Below are positions 24,819 through 35,434 of a DNA stretch of 39,573 nt, in pieces; the stretch's first letter is position 1; the number at the start of each line of letters is the position of its first letter. This stretch comes from Conidiobolus incongruus B7586. Lineage: Eukaryota. Made by a program: the position numbers and the translations under genes. The stretch is from contig JNEM01013468.1 of the NCBI GenBank assembly GCA_000697335.1, positions 1 through 39,573 of the forward strand, read 5' to 3'. The notes beneath the pieces were generated by a model. That model made no database searches and was not told the origin of the DNA. It was given only the letters and a program-made list of their open reading frames with translations.

Positions 24819-25675
24819 ATGAATTTTATTTACAATTTATTAATTGGATTACAATTAATTAAGAGAATTTCAAAATTAAAAATTGAGAAAATTAAATTCA
24901 TGATTATGGCGAATTATTCGTTGATATATTTGTTAATTTTGGAATATAAAAGGAATTTGGATTCAATATATTTTGCAAGATTATAATTGTGCCATTATTG
25001 AAAATTACTATTTGATTAATATAGATAAATCTATTGAATATATATGCTAATCCACTATACAAAGTTGCAGTTGATAACATTATCTCAAATTAATTCTTCT
25101 CACTGGTTCAATCAATGGATAGTCATTATATATTTTGCATTCACAATAACATACACTGTGTCGATAAAATATGAAATATTAAACCCAAAGCTTGAAAAAA
25201 GTATATAATTGCTATTCACTACATTTATATGGTTTACAGTTATACACACCATTGTTTTAAAATGGTTCTTGCATTTAAATCATTATTTTGAGCAATTAGG
25301 AGTTATTTGATTCTATATGACAACTATATCATAGAGCCAAATGGATGATGATAATCAATTTGAAATCTTTTTTTCTGGATATAGATTCTTGGCTACAGTT
25401 ATATTGTTATTAAAATGTTAAGTAAATAATATATATTTAAATATTATTTTGAAAAATTATAAATTAAATGGCTAAAAAAATATGGATGAAAATGTGATAT
25501 GGTTCATAATTGGTATTTGAATTAATTAATATTTTGAGTTAATTAGTATATTGGTTAGAATGAGAGAATATTACAGAATAAACTTGTTTGAATATATTAA
25601 TAAATTAAGAAATAAATTTTGATGAAATTATAATAGTTATATAAAATGTAATTAGAAAATTAGTAATGCAGCAAT

Positions 25676-25759
25676 CCAACTATCGCTCAATTGGTAGAGT
25701 GGGAGACTGTAGCTTAAGCTGAGATCTCTAGATCACTGATTCAATTCTGGTTGGTCGAA
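25676..25759 (+). pseudogene. Decayed tRNA-Tyr(GTA) copy
   Basis: Gap-free alignment to the intact gene with 11 substitutions, including B-box G->A (GATTCAATTC) and acceptor-stem mismatches. Confidence 0.85.
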
Positions 25760-27763
25760 TTTGATTTATCATCTTGGAATATATATTTTTTATAACTATA
25801 TGATTATTTGTTATTTTATCATACTAAATTCTGAATTATCATTCTATCTATATTTTATTCCAAAACTATTTTATAATATTTAAACTTTGTAAATTCTCAC
25901 TCTTGTTTTATTATTTACAAACTTTATAGATTTAAGGATAAAATAATAAATTTAGCAGTACTATTATTGATTAATCATATAAATCATTATAATTATAGTT
26001 TGTGAAATCAAAGTTATAATTTTTATATACTCCAAATTTACATTATTAATAGAGATTCAACAAATTATTGTCAAAATATACTATCCACAAAATCTTTTAC
26101 TATTTGAAATATGATTTTTCAATAATATTATAGTCTAATAACGAATTTATCTATAATATAAATGAAAAATATGCTTAAATTTCTATACCAATCCGAAATT
26201 TATGATTGTGAATTAATAATAAGTCATTAATATTATTGATTTTATTTTTACTGTCTCAACAGATTCGAATAATAAACTCTTATTCTATCATTTTCTATTA
26301 ATAGCTCTAAAATTGAATAATGTAAACCTTATAAATAAATACTTTTAATATAAAAGTTCAAATTGGTAAGTTATAAGCTGATTGGTGATTATGTTATCAG
26401 AATTTATAATGATTTATACTAAATTGTCTAAATACTGTAACCAGCTCTAAAATCTGGATATAATCATTGATCCGTAATTAATGCAAGATATTATTATTCA
26501 TATCCTCTGATAATATAATCTTATTTAATAATCCTATCAATCATTTTTTCAAGTAATTATGTTATGTGGTTTTATTTGTTTAAAAGTCGTTATTAAATGT
26601 TAAAATTGAAAATATTACCTAAGTGTGTAAATTTTATTAACTGTTTAAATATTTGGATTAAGCAAAATATATAAAATTTTAAAGGATTTTTATTATAATT
26701 ACTTAAATAATATTAACTTTAAATCTCAAAATATTATAATCTTCTATATTTCGCTTTGAAGTTACTCTAATAACTATTATTAAGCTATTCTCTTAATATA
26801 CTATGTGCTTTCACTATAATTTGGAAGAGATAAATTCTATTAAGTTTAATAACTTAAAATATCGAACCAAATATAATTTTAAACAAAAGTAAAAATTGAC
26901 ATAAAATAATTATTGAATTAATTGAATTATTCAACTTATATAATATTATACAATTGTCATATTTAGATAGTATAGTTTATCATAATACTTGATATGATAT
27001 GTTGAATATTTTGAATATGTTCTAAAATTATATTAAAAATTTTTAAGTATAAATGAATTTTGAATAGGGATCAAGTATAACTTTAAAATTTATATTGCAT
27101 TTTGAAGATGTCGATTCGTATCATGAGTTTTAAAAAAAGCCAAATTTTGTAAATCACAGCTTTGATCCGCCAATCAAACTCAAAACTAATTAATTGAGTC
27201 AGAGCGATTGTTCAAAGAACTAGAAAAAGGATCTTTAACACAAAATCACAAGATAGCTTGAGTAACTTTTTAGATAACAAAGATCGCGTCAATCCAATTT
27301 CAAATGCATTAAATACAATAAACTCCTCAATAATCCAAAACCAGCTAATAACGCTGCATTGTTAATTGAAACTGATCCCATTCAACAAAATTAATAAATT
27401 AGTATGATCCTCTAACAGTCAAACCATAGTGGATACCAACCAATTAAATTTAGATTATGTTAAGGTTAGTTTTTAGAAGTGTTAATTTATGCAATTGCTT
27501 AATTGTTAATTACATAAATCATGTTAATAGAAGATTTAAGAATGTTGAGATGAGATATAAAATGATAACTGGGATAACGATTTATATGTTTTCAACTTGG
27601 TTGACTTGAGGTTATAGTGGTTTGATTTGTTAATATTTTTATGTTTTTCTCCGAATTCAATTAATTTCATTACTCTATCTCTTTCCAATATACTATTATT
27701 CATATTCTCATTATAACCACTAATCTTATCTTTCCAATTAATTTTTACTATATATAAATCAAT

Positions 27764-29422
27764 ATGAGCTATTATTCAAGTTCTAGGAAATCTGATGAAC
27801 CTCAAAATTATAATCAAGTCCAGTCACCATCTGTAGACTATGCTTCACACTATTACAATCAACAGTATTTGGAGCCTTTGTATGAGACTAATTTCAGGAA
27901 TTCAATGGATGACTCTAAAGACAGGATTGATTATATAGACAGATTGGATGAGAAAAAGGTCCCAATTGACCATTCAGGATGGGTGCCTCCAAAAGAATTT
28001 GCAAAGGTAAAAGGCGAATCTAAGTTTGGTGAAAAGAGTGGTGCATTGGTCAAGAGAGAGTCTATTATCAGATACGATACATATCACAGTCAGCAGAATT
28101 TGCTTGCGAACGATGTGGATTATAATCACTCAGGAATTCAAACCACGTACTTATATCAAAATGGTTATTGGGGTGCTCTTTTCCTGCTCAATCTTTTATT
28201 TTATACAATTTATTCTATGTACAGTTCAGCAGTCGTCGATATTAGAGCTATGGAAGCTGCATATGGCACTTTACTTGGTACAAAAGCAACCATTCTCACC
28301 TATCTAGTAGCAATATCGGGATCAATAATATTTAACTTTTTCCTATGTATTATCGGTCTAGTCGTTCCTCGCGTGTTTGTTTACTTTGTATTCTTACTCT
28401 TACCCATCACTTCTCTAATAGCCTGTGTTCTATTCTTCATCAAAGCTGCATGGTTATCAGGAGCTATTTTCCTAGTCTCTATTATTGTTTGGATTCTTTT
28501 GTATGCGAAATTAAGAGTTAAGATGGATTTCACTATTAGCATTTTAAAACACACTCAATCTTTCTTGTTAAGTCAAAAAACTTTGATTATATTCGGTTTC
28601 TTCGTGGAAATAATTGCTTGGATCTATCTATTCAGTTGGGTAAACAGTGTATTTACTATTTTTTACAGATATGATACTCAGGTTCAGTGCTCTGCTTGGA
28701 GACTTCCTATTGAGCCCTGTAATCCCAGTGGATTGGGTACATTTTTCGTAGTTTTAATGGTACTCAGCCTCATGTGGACTGCTACTACTTTCAAAGGAGT
28801 TATTCACATGATTGCTTCCAGCATTTATACAATCCATCATTTCTTCCCGAATAATAAGAACTCTAACTTTTTCTTTTGTACCACTCGCGCACTCACCACT
28901 CACTTGGGAATTGCTGCCACCAATGCTATCTTCACACCTCCAGTCACTCTTATGAAGGGAATCGTATCTTTTTTTACTACCGATTTCCCCATATTTTTCA
29001 CTCGAGTGCTTCGAAGATACAATGATATCGGTTTAACATACAGTCTTATCCACGATAATGACTATACCACCAGTAACATATTAGGATATGATGAAATGGA
29101 TCACACAGGAGTGTACAACTTGCTAAATGACAGTCTCATTAAAACTCTTATTACACTTAGCACCCTTCTAGTGGGTACAGTATCAACACTCCTGGGTTAT
29201 TTAAGTCTTATAATCACCAACCCACCCTTCAACCAGAACCAAACCTATACTTTTGGTCTCAGCTGTGGTTACTTTGTCCTTGGATGTATTACTCATATCT
29301 GGTTATTTCAAATTCTTCAAGGTTGCAACAATGGTTTCTTTGTCTGTCTAGCATCCGATCCCAACTCTATTAATATCAATAATCACGAAATTATTAATAG
29401 GTTAAATCTTGATAAGAATTAA
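27764..29422 (+). CDS. PNS1: PNS1-like / choline transporter-like (CTL/SLC44) multi-pass membrane protein, divergent
   Basis: 552 aa; hydrophilic N-terminus then ~10 hydrophobic segments; family-like motifs RALTTHLG, LLNDSLI, FVCLASDP; recognised from recalled motifs, no search run. Confidence 0.75.
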   Translation: MSYYSSSRKSDEPQNYNQVQSPSVDYASHYYNQQYLEPLYETNFRNSMDDSKDRIDYIDRLDEKKVPIDHSGWVPPKEFAKVKGESKFGEKSGALVKRESIIRYDTYHSQQNLLANDVDYNHSGIQTTYLYQNGYWGALFLLNLLFYTIYSMYSSAVVDIRAMEAAYGTLLGTKATILTYLVAISGSIIFNFFLCIIGLVVPRVFVYFVFLLLPITSLIACVLFFIKAAWLSGAIFLVSIIVWILLYAKLRVKMDFTISILKHTQSFLLSQKTLIIFGFFVEIIAWIYLFSWVNSVFTIFYRYDTQVQCSAWRLPIEPCNPSGLGTFFVVLMVLSLMWTATTFKGVIHMIASSIYTIHHFFPNNKNSNFFFCTTRALTTHLGIAATNAIFTPPVTLMKGIVSFFTTDFPIFFTRVLRRYNDIGLTYSLIHDNDYTTSNILGYDEMDHTGVYNLLNDSLIKTLITLSTLLVGTVSTLLGYLSLIITNPPFNQNQTYTFGLSCGYFVLGCITHIWLFQILQGCNNGFFVCLASDPNSININNHEIINRLNLDKN

Positions 29423-30262
29423 ATTAATGATTAAGCATTTTAAATAAATCATATTAATGAAAAAAAATGCATTTTCTAATATTATATTATAATTAATAAT
29501 TTGGTTATTTAAATTTTTAATAAAATTATAAATCTTTTGTTCAATATAAAAAAAAATAAAAATTTAGAATTAAACAATTAAAAAACTAAAAGATTGGTAT
29601 ACATAATATACAATTGATCATAGTATGAACATTAGTTTGATTTTTATAGTTGATATTATGATTTATTACAGATATATAGGTAGTCTACCATTGAAATTGA
29701 GAGTAATATTGTATATATATATTGATGAATAAGAATTGTTTATTCAACCTGCCCTTAAAAACTCAGCAATAATTTTAAGAGTTAGTAAAAATAATATTTT
29801 CAATGATAAATATAATAAAGAGAAAATATATTAATCACATCCGCTAAGTTAAAAAATGATAATAATATGCCATTTTAATGTAATATATTTTAAGAATATA
29901 TTGACTTTTATATTCACAATGAATATAATATTATAAATGATCAGGTTAAATTATATTCATTAGACAATTTTATTGAATACAACCAAATATTTTGACATAA
30001 TTCAAAAAATAAAATAATAATTTAACTTGATATCATTTATTGAATAGCATGTCATCTCGGGTATAAAATTCTATAAATATTTTGAATATACTTTTCATAA
30101 TTTATCAATTAATTTCAAGAATTAATTAACTTGGTGATGCAATTTTCAAAATTCATATATTAATAAACACTAATATATAAATTGAAGAAATAAAATTCGA
30201 GAAGGTAAAAACAAGAAAAAAATTAAAAATAGATTAAAAATATGAATTCAATTGACTTGACA

Positions 30263-30346
30263 CAAGGCCATCTGAATTAAAACCAGTGACCTAGAGATTC
30301 CAGCTTGAACTACAGTTTCCCGCTTTACCAACTAAGCTTTATTCGG
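30263..30346 (-). pseudogene. Decayed tRNA-Tyr(GTA) copy
   Basis: Reverse complement CCGAATAAAGCTTAGTTGGTAAAGCGGGAAACTGTAGTTCAAGCTGGAATCTCTAGGTCACTGGTTTTAATTCAGATGGCC; T-arm and 3' acceptor strand broken. Confidence 0.8.
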
Positions 30347-31540
30347 CCATGTATGAAAAATTTTCGATTATTTATGATACAAATTAATTAATTTTTTGTT
30401 GAAAATAAATTTTTGTAATATTGAAGATATTACAACGATTAATATTGATTCAATTTCCTATAAATAATATCTTATATTATTTTTTCAATGTCTCTACCTT
30501 TTAATTTTTATTATATTGTTTTTACCACTTTGAAAATTTTATTCTTTGAATTCGAAATATACTACAATCTTCATTTATATACAACTCATAAAATGGCTAT
30601 CAATTAAGAAATCAAATCTTCTAATTTATAATTTTATTCATTTACTATTTTTTCATACGCATTTTATTATAACATAAAAAATAAATATTAAAATAACTTT
30701 ATTCGAAACAAATTGCAATATTAATGAAATAACAACATGAGTATATGGTTCAAAAATTAAACTGAATTCGTAAAATTTCTAACCAATCATTTTAAATCTA
30801 GTGAACTTAGGAATAAAAAAATTTTATAAATATAGTTGGATCTATTTTGAAATTATTTAGAATTTCAATCATAGTTTAAAAATGTGATATATAGTAAAAT
30901 ATTAGTTTAATTAACCAATCACAAAATAACATTATAAATTTATCACCAATACATTTCAAATCACTAATTAATAATTTTTTTTACTTTTCAATTTAAATTA
31001 ATCCAATCAAAATTCAATTCTACAAATATATTTTCTCAAAGGTAACACAATTCAATTGGATATGAGAAAATTTTGGAGGTTTTTCAATTTTAATTTAAAA
31101 AAAAATATATATCAAAAATTTTAATTTATATTGTTAAATGATACCAGTATATTATGGGTATGATTTTGTTAATGTGAGGGGGATTCAATTAAATTTTGAA
31201 TATAATTTTTAAAAAATTTCAAATTAATATGAGATTAAGTTATTAATACAATAGTACTTGAGTTAAACTGAGTAGTCTAATTGATTCATAGAATTTTTTA
31301 ATTAATTTAATATGTATTACAAATTTTATTTATTATAATTATTCATAAATTATTGAGATTTATTTTACAAACAAAAATCATTTCGGTTTAAAATTATAAT
31401 AATTAAAATCAATTATATCGTTTATAACTTTAAAAATATATTAAAAGTCTAATTAGAAAATTTTATTTATCAAAAAGGTTAATCATCAATTGTTTTAATA
31501 TGGTACAGCAGATTTGCAATAAATAAAAGTAATTATCAGT

Positions 31541-34500
31541 TTAAAACCCTCTAGTTCTCTTCTTCTGAGTAGCTGATCGTTTAGAGGAAGATGGTTGAGA
31601 CATCGATGTGAATGGAGATATCGAAGGAGCTGGTTGAGACATTTGACTGAATGCTCCAAAATTGACAGGGGGCTGGGAGAATGTGGAGTATGGTCGAATG
31701 CTGGAAAATGTAGTGTCTTGGGAGTTGGATGTACTGAGCGAGGGGATTGGTTGCGATAGGTATGCGGGCTTTCGGACAGGGAGTCGAATGACTGAAGGCT
31801 CTCCGGGATCCACCATGCTTTTCGCTCCCCAACGATGACTCAATCTATTGACGAAACCAGTCATTGGTTTATTTGCCAAATTGGGATTAAGGAGTTTGAA
31901 CTGATAGGGTGGATCGTAGTTGTGACTAACAGAATCAGGTGTAGATGGTATGTCAGGATGATCTTCAGCTGGAACAACTAACTGGGATGCCATTTCTAAT
32001 ATGGCTAATAGGTTTTTCTTAGCCCAGTTATTTTCGGGAATCACTCGAGATAATGTAAGATTAAATTGACTAAATTCAGTTAATTGCTTATCTTCATTGT
32101 TCAAAGGAGATTTAAACCAAGTTTTCGCAGATTTTTTGTTCACTACTTGATTCTGTCCAAAATTGGAAGCTTTCATCCATTGAACAATACAACTCAACTG
32201 TTGGGGATAAATTACTTGTGCGCGAATTAATTCTTCGATAAGTTGAACCAAGCTCAGAACAAGGGTTGTATATTTTGATGTCAATTGTAAAACCATTTGA
32301 GGAATCATTCTTTCTAATTGCTGGGTAGTTTGAGTGTTTATGGGTAGCGAATACATAGTTAAATAATATAATTTGCTCATCAATGGTGTACAATCAAATG
32401 TTCTAATATTGGACATGTGTCCATTTATGTTAGATTTAAAACTTTGAGCGAGTAAATTTAGTTCTTCTGGTGAAGTTTTCATTATCATTGAATTATGCAA
32501 TTCCAATTTTGACAATGATCTAGCATCAGTCCACTTGAGTTTGATTTGATATATATCAGCCAATTCCGTCAACCACCAAATTGTTATATCGCTATCCTCA
32601 CTTCCAAACTCAACTTGAGCATTAAAACCGATTAATTGAGGCAAATCAAGATTAACTTGAGTTAATCCTAAGGATGAATGGAAATATGTTGACATGACAT
32701 TGATACCATGAAATTTTAAATTGAATAATTTGTAATATGATCTAAATTGTAAGGAATCATGAGGTGTTGGAATGCCAAATGGAATTTGGGATAAAGAGAT
32801 ATCAGGTTTAACTGATAGGATGTAAGAGTAAGGAGTGGCATCGAACGTAGACCAGATTGTTATTAGAAACTGGGTTCTAATGGTTTCCATAGCGTTAAAT
32901 CTAGTGATTGAAATATTTGAATTAGGAGACCCAAGAGTTAAATGCGCCGTAAGATGCTTAACAATTTTAGGATCTTGTAGTGAGAGAATCAATAAATACT
33001 TGCGCGTAAGTAGCACGATAATTTCTTGATTAATTATCTCGAATGATAATAAATAATCGGTGGAATATGGAAGATTAATAGGGGTAATTATACTCTTTGC
33101 TAGTGAAACTCTAACTGTATATAGTTGAGTGGATGTCATGATGACTAGTAAACTGTTTGAGACACATTTGATACGAACAGAAGCTAGAGGACCAGGTACA
33201 GGCAATTTCGGTAATTTCTGATCCTGGTTGTTATCTGATTGATTTGTTGGGTTTGAATCAGAGTTTGTCTCAGAATCTGAATTTGATTCAGCATCTTCCT
33301 CAGATTCCGCTCCACTAGATAAATCATTTTCACTATCCTCCTCATCCGAGTTTTCGTTATAGTATATTGAATTCTGTCTGCCGGTAACAAAATTAGTAAT
33401 CCAATGACTTCGAGTATTCGAACGGGGCTTATTGGTAAATATTTGAGGTTCAGTAATGGGGATATCAATTTGACCCAACTTTTTGAACTCTGTCCTATTT
33501 ATAATACCTTTGAAAAATTCACCATTTTCGAGAATGGCGAAGAATTCATTGGAGTCGAAGGGATTAAATGACACGTCAATAGGAGAAGAATGAAGCTGAA
33601 GTGGTATTATGTCATTTATCTTTGGAACATCACTGCAAAGATCTTTTTGTGTTAAACGACATATTACTAATCCTACTTTTAATCTTAGAATTATATGTAC
33701 ATATTCATCAATAATTTCGGATTGATATATTTGGTAAATGCTTTGGACAGCCTCAGTCAACAAAAATATTTTCTTAGAGTCGTTAATATCGATTACCCAT
33801 AGTTGATTTTGACCTTGACCACCTATATAGATCAACCATTTGCCAAACACCAACTGTAAACAATTTCCAACACCCTCTTTGAAAACCAGGCTGTTGACTT
33901 CATTGTTCAATTGTTCTTCAGAAAACTCTACCATTGCAGATTTATCAATATTATATGGTATATAATGTTTTGTTCTTATATATTTGGCAGTGTCGTCGAA
34001 TCGGGCCGAATAATTTTTGACGTGGTATTCTGGATGTTTTAAAAGCAGGTGCTTACATGGAGGACAAAGTCGGTGCAAAGGTCCCTGAGGAATCAAGCGA
34101 TAGTTGTTAGCAAAATATTCATCATCCTTCGAGCAAGTAAAATGGCTATGTAATTGGCGTTTTCCAAAGTAATTTAAACTTTTAAATTGCGTAGTAGGTT
34201 GGTACTGAAGGAACATATTAGGAAGTATAATGTGATTTGAAGAATCTTGAGACTTTGTAAATGGCCTCCAAACCAAATCGAGTTCATCTTCTGAGCTTAC
34301 TTCGGTAGAAAATACTGATTGTGACCTAGTAAAATTATTTGATGACTGAATATCTACATGTTCGGGATCTCGAATATTTTGGTTAGCCTTTAATGTACAG
34401 ATACTCTCATTTTCATTATCGCTCGAAGAAGAGATTTCTATAATTTCTTTATCTTTTTGAGATGCCTTAGATTTAGAGAATTTAGGTTGTGTATGATGAC

Positions 34501-35434
34501 GGTTAAAGTATATTTCAAGCTCGGGTATAGTCATATTTGATAAATCAGGAGCTGGTCTTTTCTCTACAAACTCCAATGTCTCAAGAAGAGTATAAGGCAT
34601 CTGACCATTTATAATATTTTTTGCTGGATCGTAGGGCACTTCACTTAGATAAGCTTGAAATGTTGTCATACGAGAACCTATGGGATGATCTGGAGGAAAA
34701 GTGATCCACGGTTCGACATTAAGGAGCGTTATATCTGAAAAAACGCTCATTGGCTTAGGGAAAAATGTGCCTGCTGGTAGAATTGGCCTAAGTTTCCTTG
34801 GTGGAATTATTTGGACATTTTTCTGAGATAGATTATGTTGATTTGTGGAAACTTGAGAATTTGGAAGGATGTTAGCATTTGTTTGCTCGTTCGAGTGAGA
34901 TTCGTAACCAATCGCATTATTATTAGAACTTTCTGGATTGATTGCGATATTAGTAAGATTCTTTTTAGGTCGGCCTCTGCCTCTTTTTGGAAGAGATTGT
35001 GGAATGGAATTTAAACCTTCGGCATCGTTAGTAGGATTATTATCTTTTGAATAATCTTTAGAGAATTGGCCTCTTTGCGGAGAGTAAGTATCAAGATTAA
35101 TGTTTTTTCCATTCGAAGGATTTTTGAATGGTCGCCCACGTTTCTTCGGTGTAATATCTATATTGATATTTTTTTCGCCTGATGGATTTTTGAAAGGTCG
35201 GCCTCTTTTTTTCGGAGTGGTAATTGAATTTGTATTGCTGTCATTTGAGCGTTCTTGAGTCGGAGGTTCGATATTATTTAGAGAAGCATCAGAATCGATA
35301 TTATTATTATGCGAAGAGTTTTTCGGTGGTCGCCCTCTTTTCTTTGGAGTCGTATTAGAATCTTCATGTGAAACTAATGATGAATTTTGGGTATTTGTTT
35401 TTAAATTAGGTTCAGTATTATTGATGCCGTCCAT
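31541..35434 (-). CDS. RRN6: Probable RNA polymerase I core factor subunit Rrn6/TAF1C with N-terminal AT-hook repeats
   Basis: 1297 aa; four (K/G)RGRP AT-hooks; DVSFNPFDSNEFFAILENG resembles the Rrn6 propeller motif D(F/V)AFNPW..QFA(I/V)(I/V)D..G; SQ-rich tail ending KKRTRGF like the fungal Rrn6 K-rich ...GF terminus. CDS certain, name from recalled motifs. Confidence 0.7.
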   Translation of the reverse strand: MDGINNTEPNLKTNTQNSSLVSHEDSNTTPKKRGRPPKNSSHNNNIDSDASLNNIEPPTQERSNDSNTNSITTPKKRGRPFKNPSGEKNINIDITPKKRGRPFKNPSNGKNINLDTYSPQRGQFSKDYSKDNNPTNDAEGLNSIPQSLPKRGRGRPKKNLTNIAINPESSNNNAIGYESHSNEQTNANILPNSQVSTNQHNLSQKNVQIIPPRKLRPILPAGTFFPKPMSVFSDITLLNVEPWITFPPDHPIGSRMTTFQAYLSEVPYDPAKNIINGQMPYTLLETLEFVEKRPAPDLSNMTIPELEIYFNRHHTQPKFSKSKASQKDKEIIEISSSSDNENESICTLKANQNIRDPEHVDIQSSNNFTRSQSVFSTEVSSEDELDLVWRPFTKSQDSSNHIILPNMFLQYQPTTQFKSLNYFGKRQLHSHFTCSKDDEYFANNYRLIPQGPLHRLCPPCKHLLLKHPEYHVKNYSARFDDTAKYIRTKHYIPYNIDKSAMVEFSEEQLNNEVNSLVFKEGVGNCLQLVFGKWLIYIGGQGQNQLWVIDINDSKKIFLLTEAVQSIYQIYQSEIIDEYVHIILRLKVGLVICRLTQKDLCSDVPKINDIIPLQLHSSPIDVSFNPFDSNEFFAILENGEFFKGIINRTEFKKLGQIDIPITEPQIFTNKPRSNTRSHWITNFVTGRQNSIYYNENSDEEDSENDLSSGAESEEDAESNSDSETNSDSNPTNQSDNNQDQKLPKLPVPGPLASVRIKCVSNSLLVIMTSTQLYTVRVSLAKSIITPINLPYSTDYLLSFEIINQEIIVLLTRKYLLILSLQDPKIVKHLTAHLTLGSPNSNISITRFNAMETIRTQFLITIWSTFDATPYSYILSVKPDISLSQIPFGIPTPHDSLQFRSYYKLFNLKFHGINVMSTYFHSSLGLTQVNLDLPQLIGFNAQVEFGSEDSDITIWWLTELADIYQIKLKWTDARSLSKLELHNSMIMKTSPEELNLLAQSFKSNINGHMSNIRTFDCTPLMSKLYYLTMYSLPINTQTTQQLERMIPQMVLQLTSKYTTLVLSLVQLIEELIRAQVIYPQQLSCIVQWMKASNFGQNQVVNKKSAKTWFKSPLNNEDKQLTEFSQFNLTLSRVIPENNWAKKNLLAILEMASQLVVPAEDHPDIPSTPDSVSHNYDPPYQFKLLNPNLANKPMTGFVNRLSHRWGAKSMVDPGEPSVIRLPVRKPAYLSQPIPSLSTSNSQDTTFSSIRPYSTFSQPPVNFGAFSQMSQPAPSISPFTSMSQPSSSKRSATQKKRTRGF
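35085..35220 (-). repeat. Intragenic 66-bp (22-aa) tandem repeat encoding AT-hooks
   Basis: TPKKRGRPFKNPSGEKNINIDI / TPKKRGRPFKNPSNGKNINLDT, then a degenerate SPQRGQFSK unit; coordinates approximate. Confidence 0.8.

Noticed and set aside
673..33468. Short ORFs overlapping pol, the hydrolases, PNS1 and RRN6
   Set aside because: Alternative-frame or antisense shadows of longer, well-supported coding regions.
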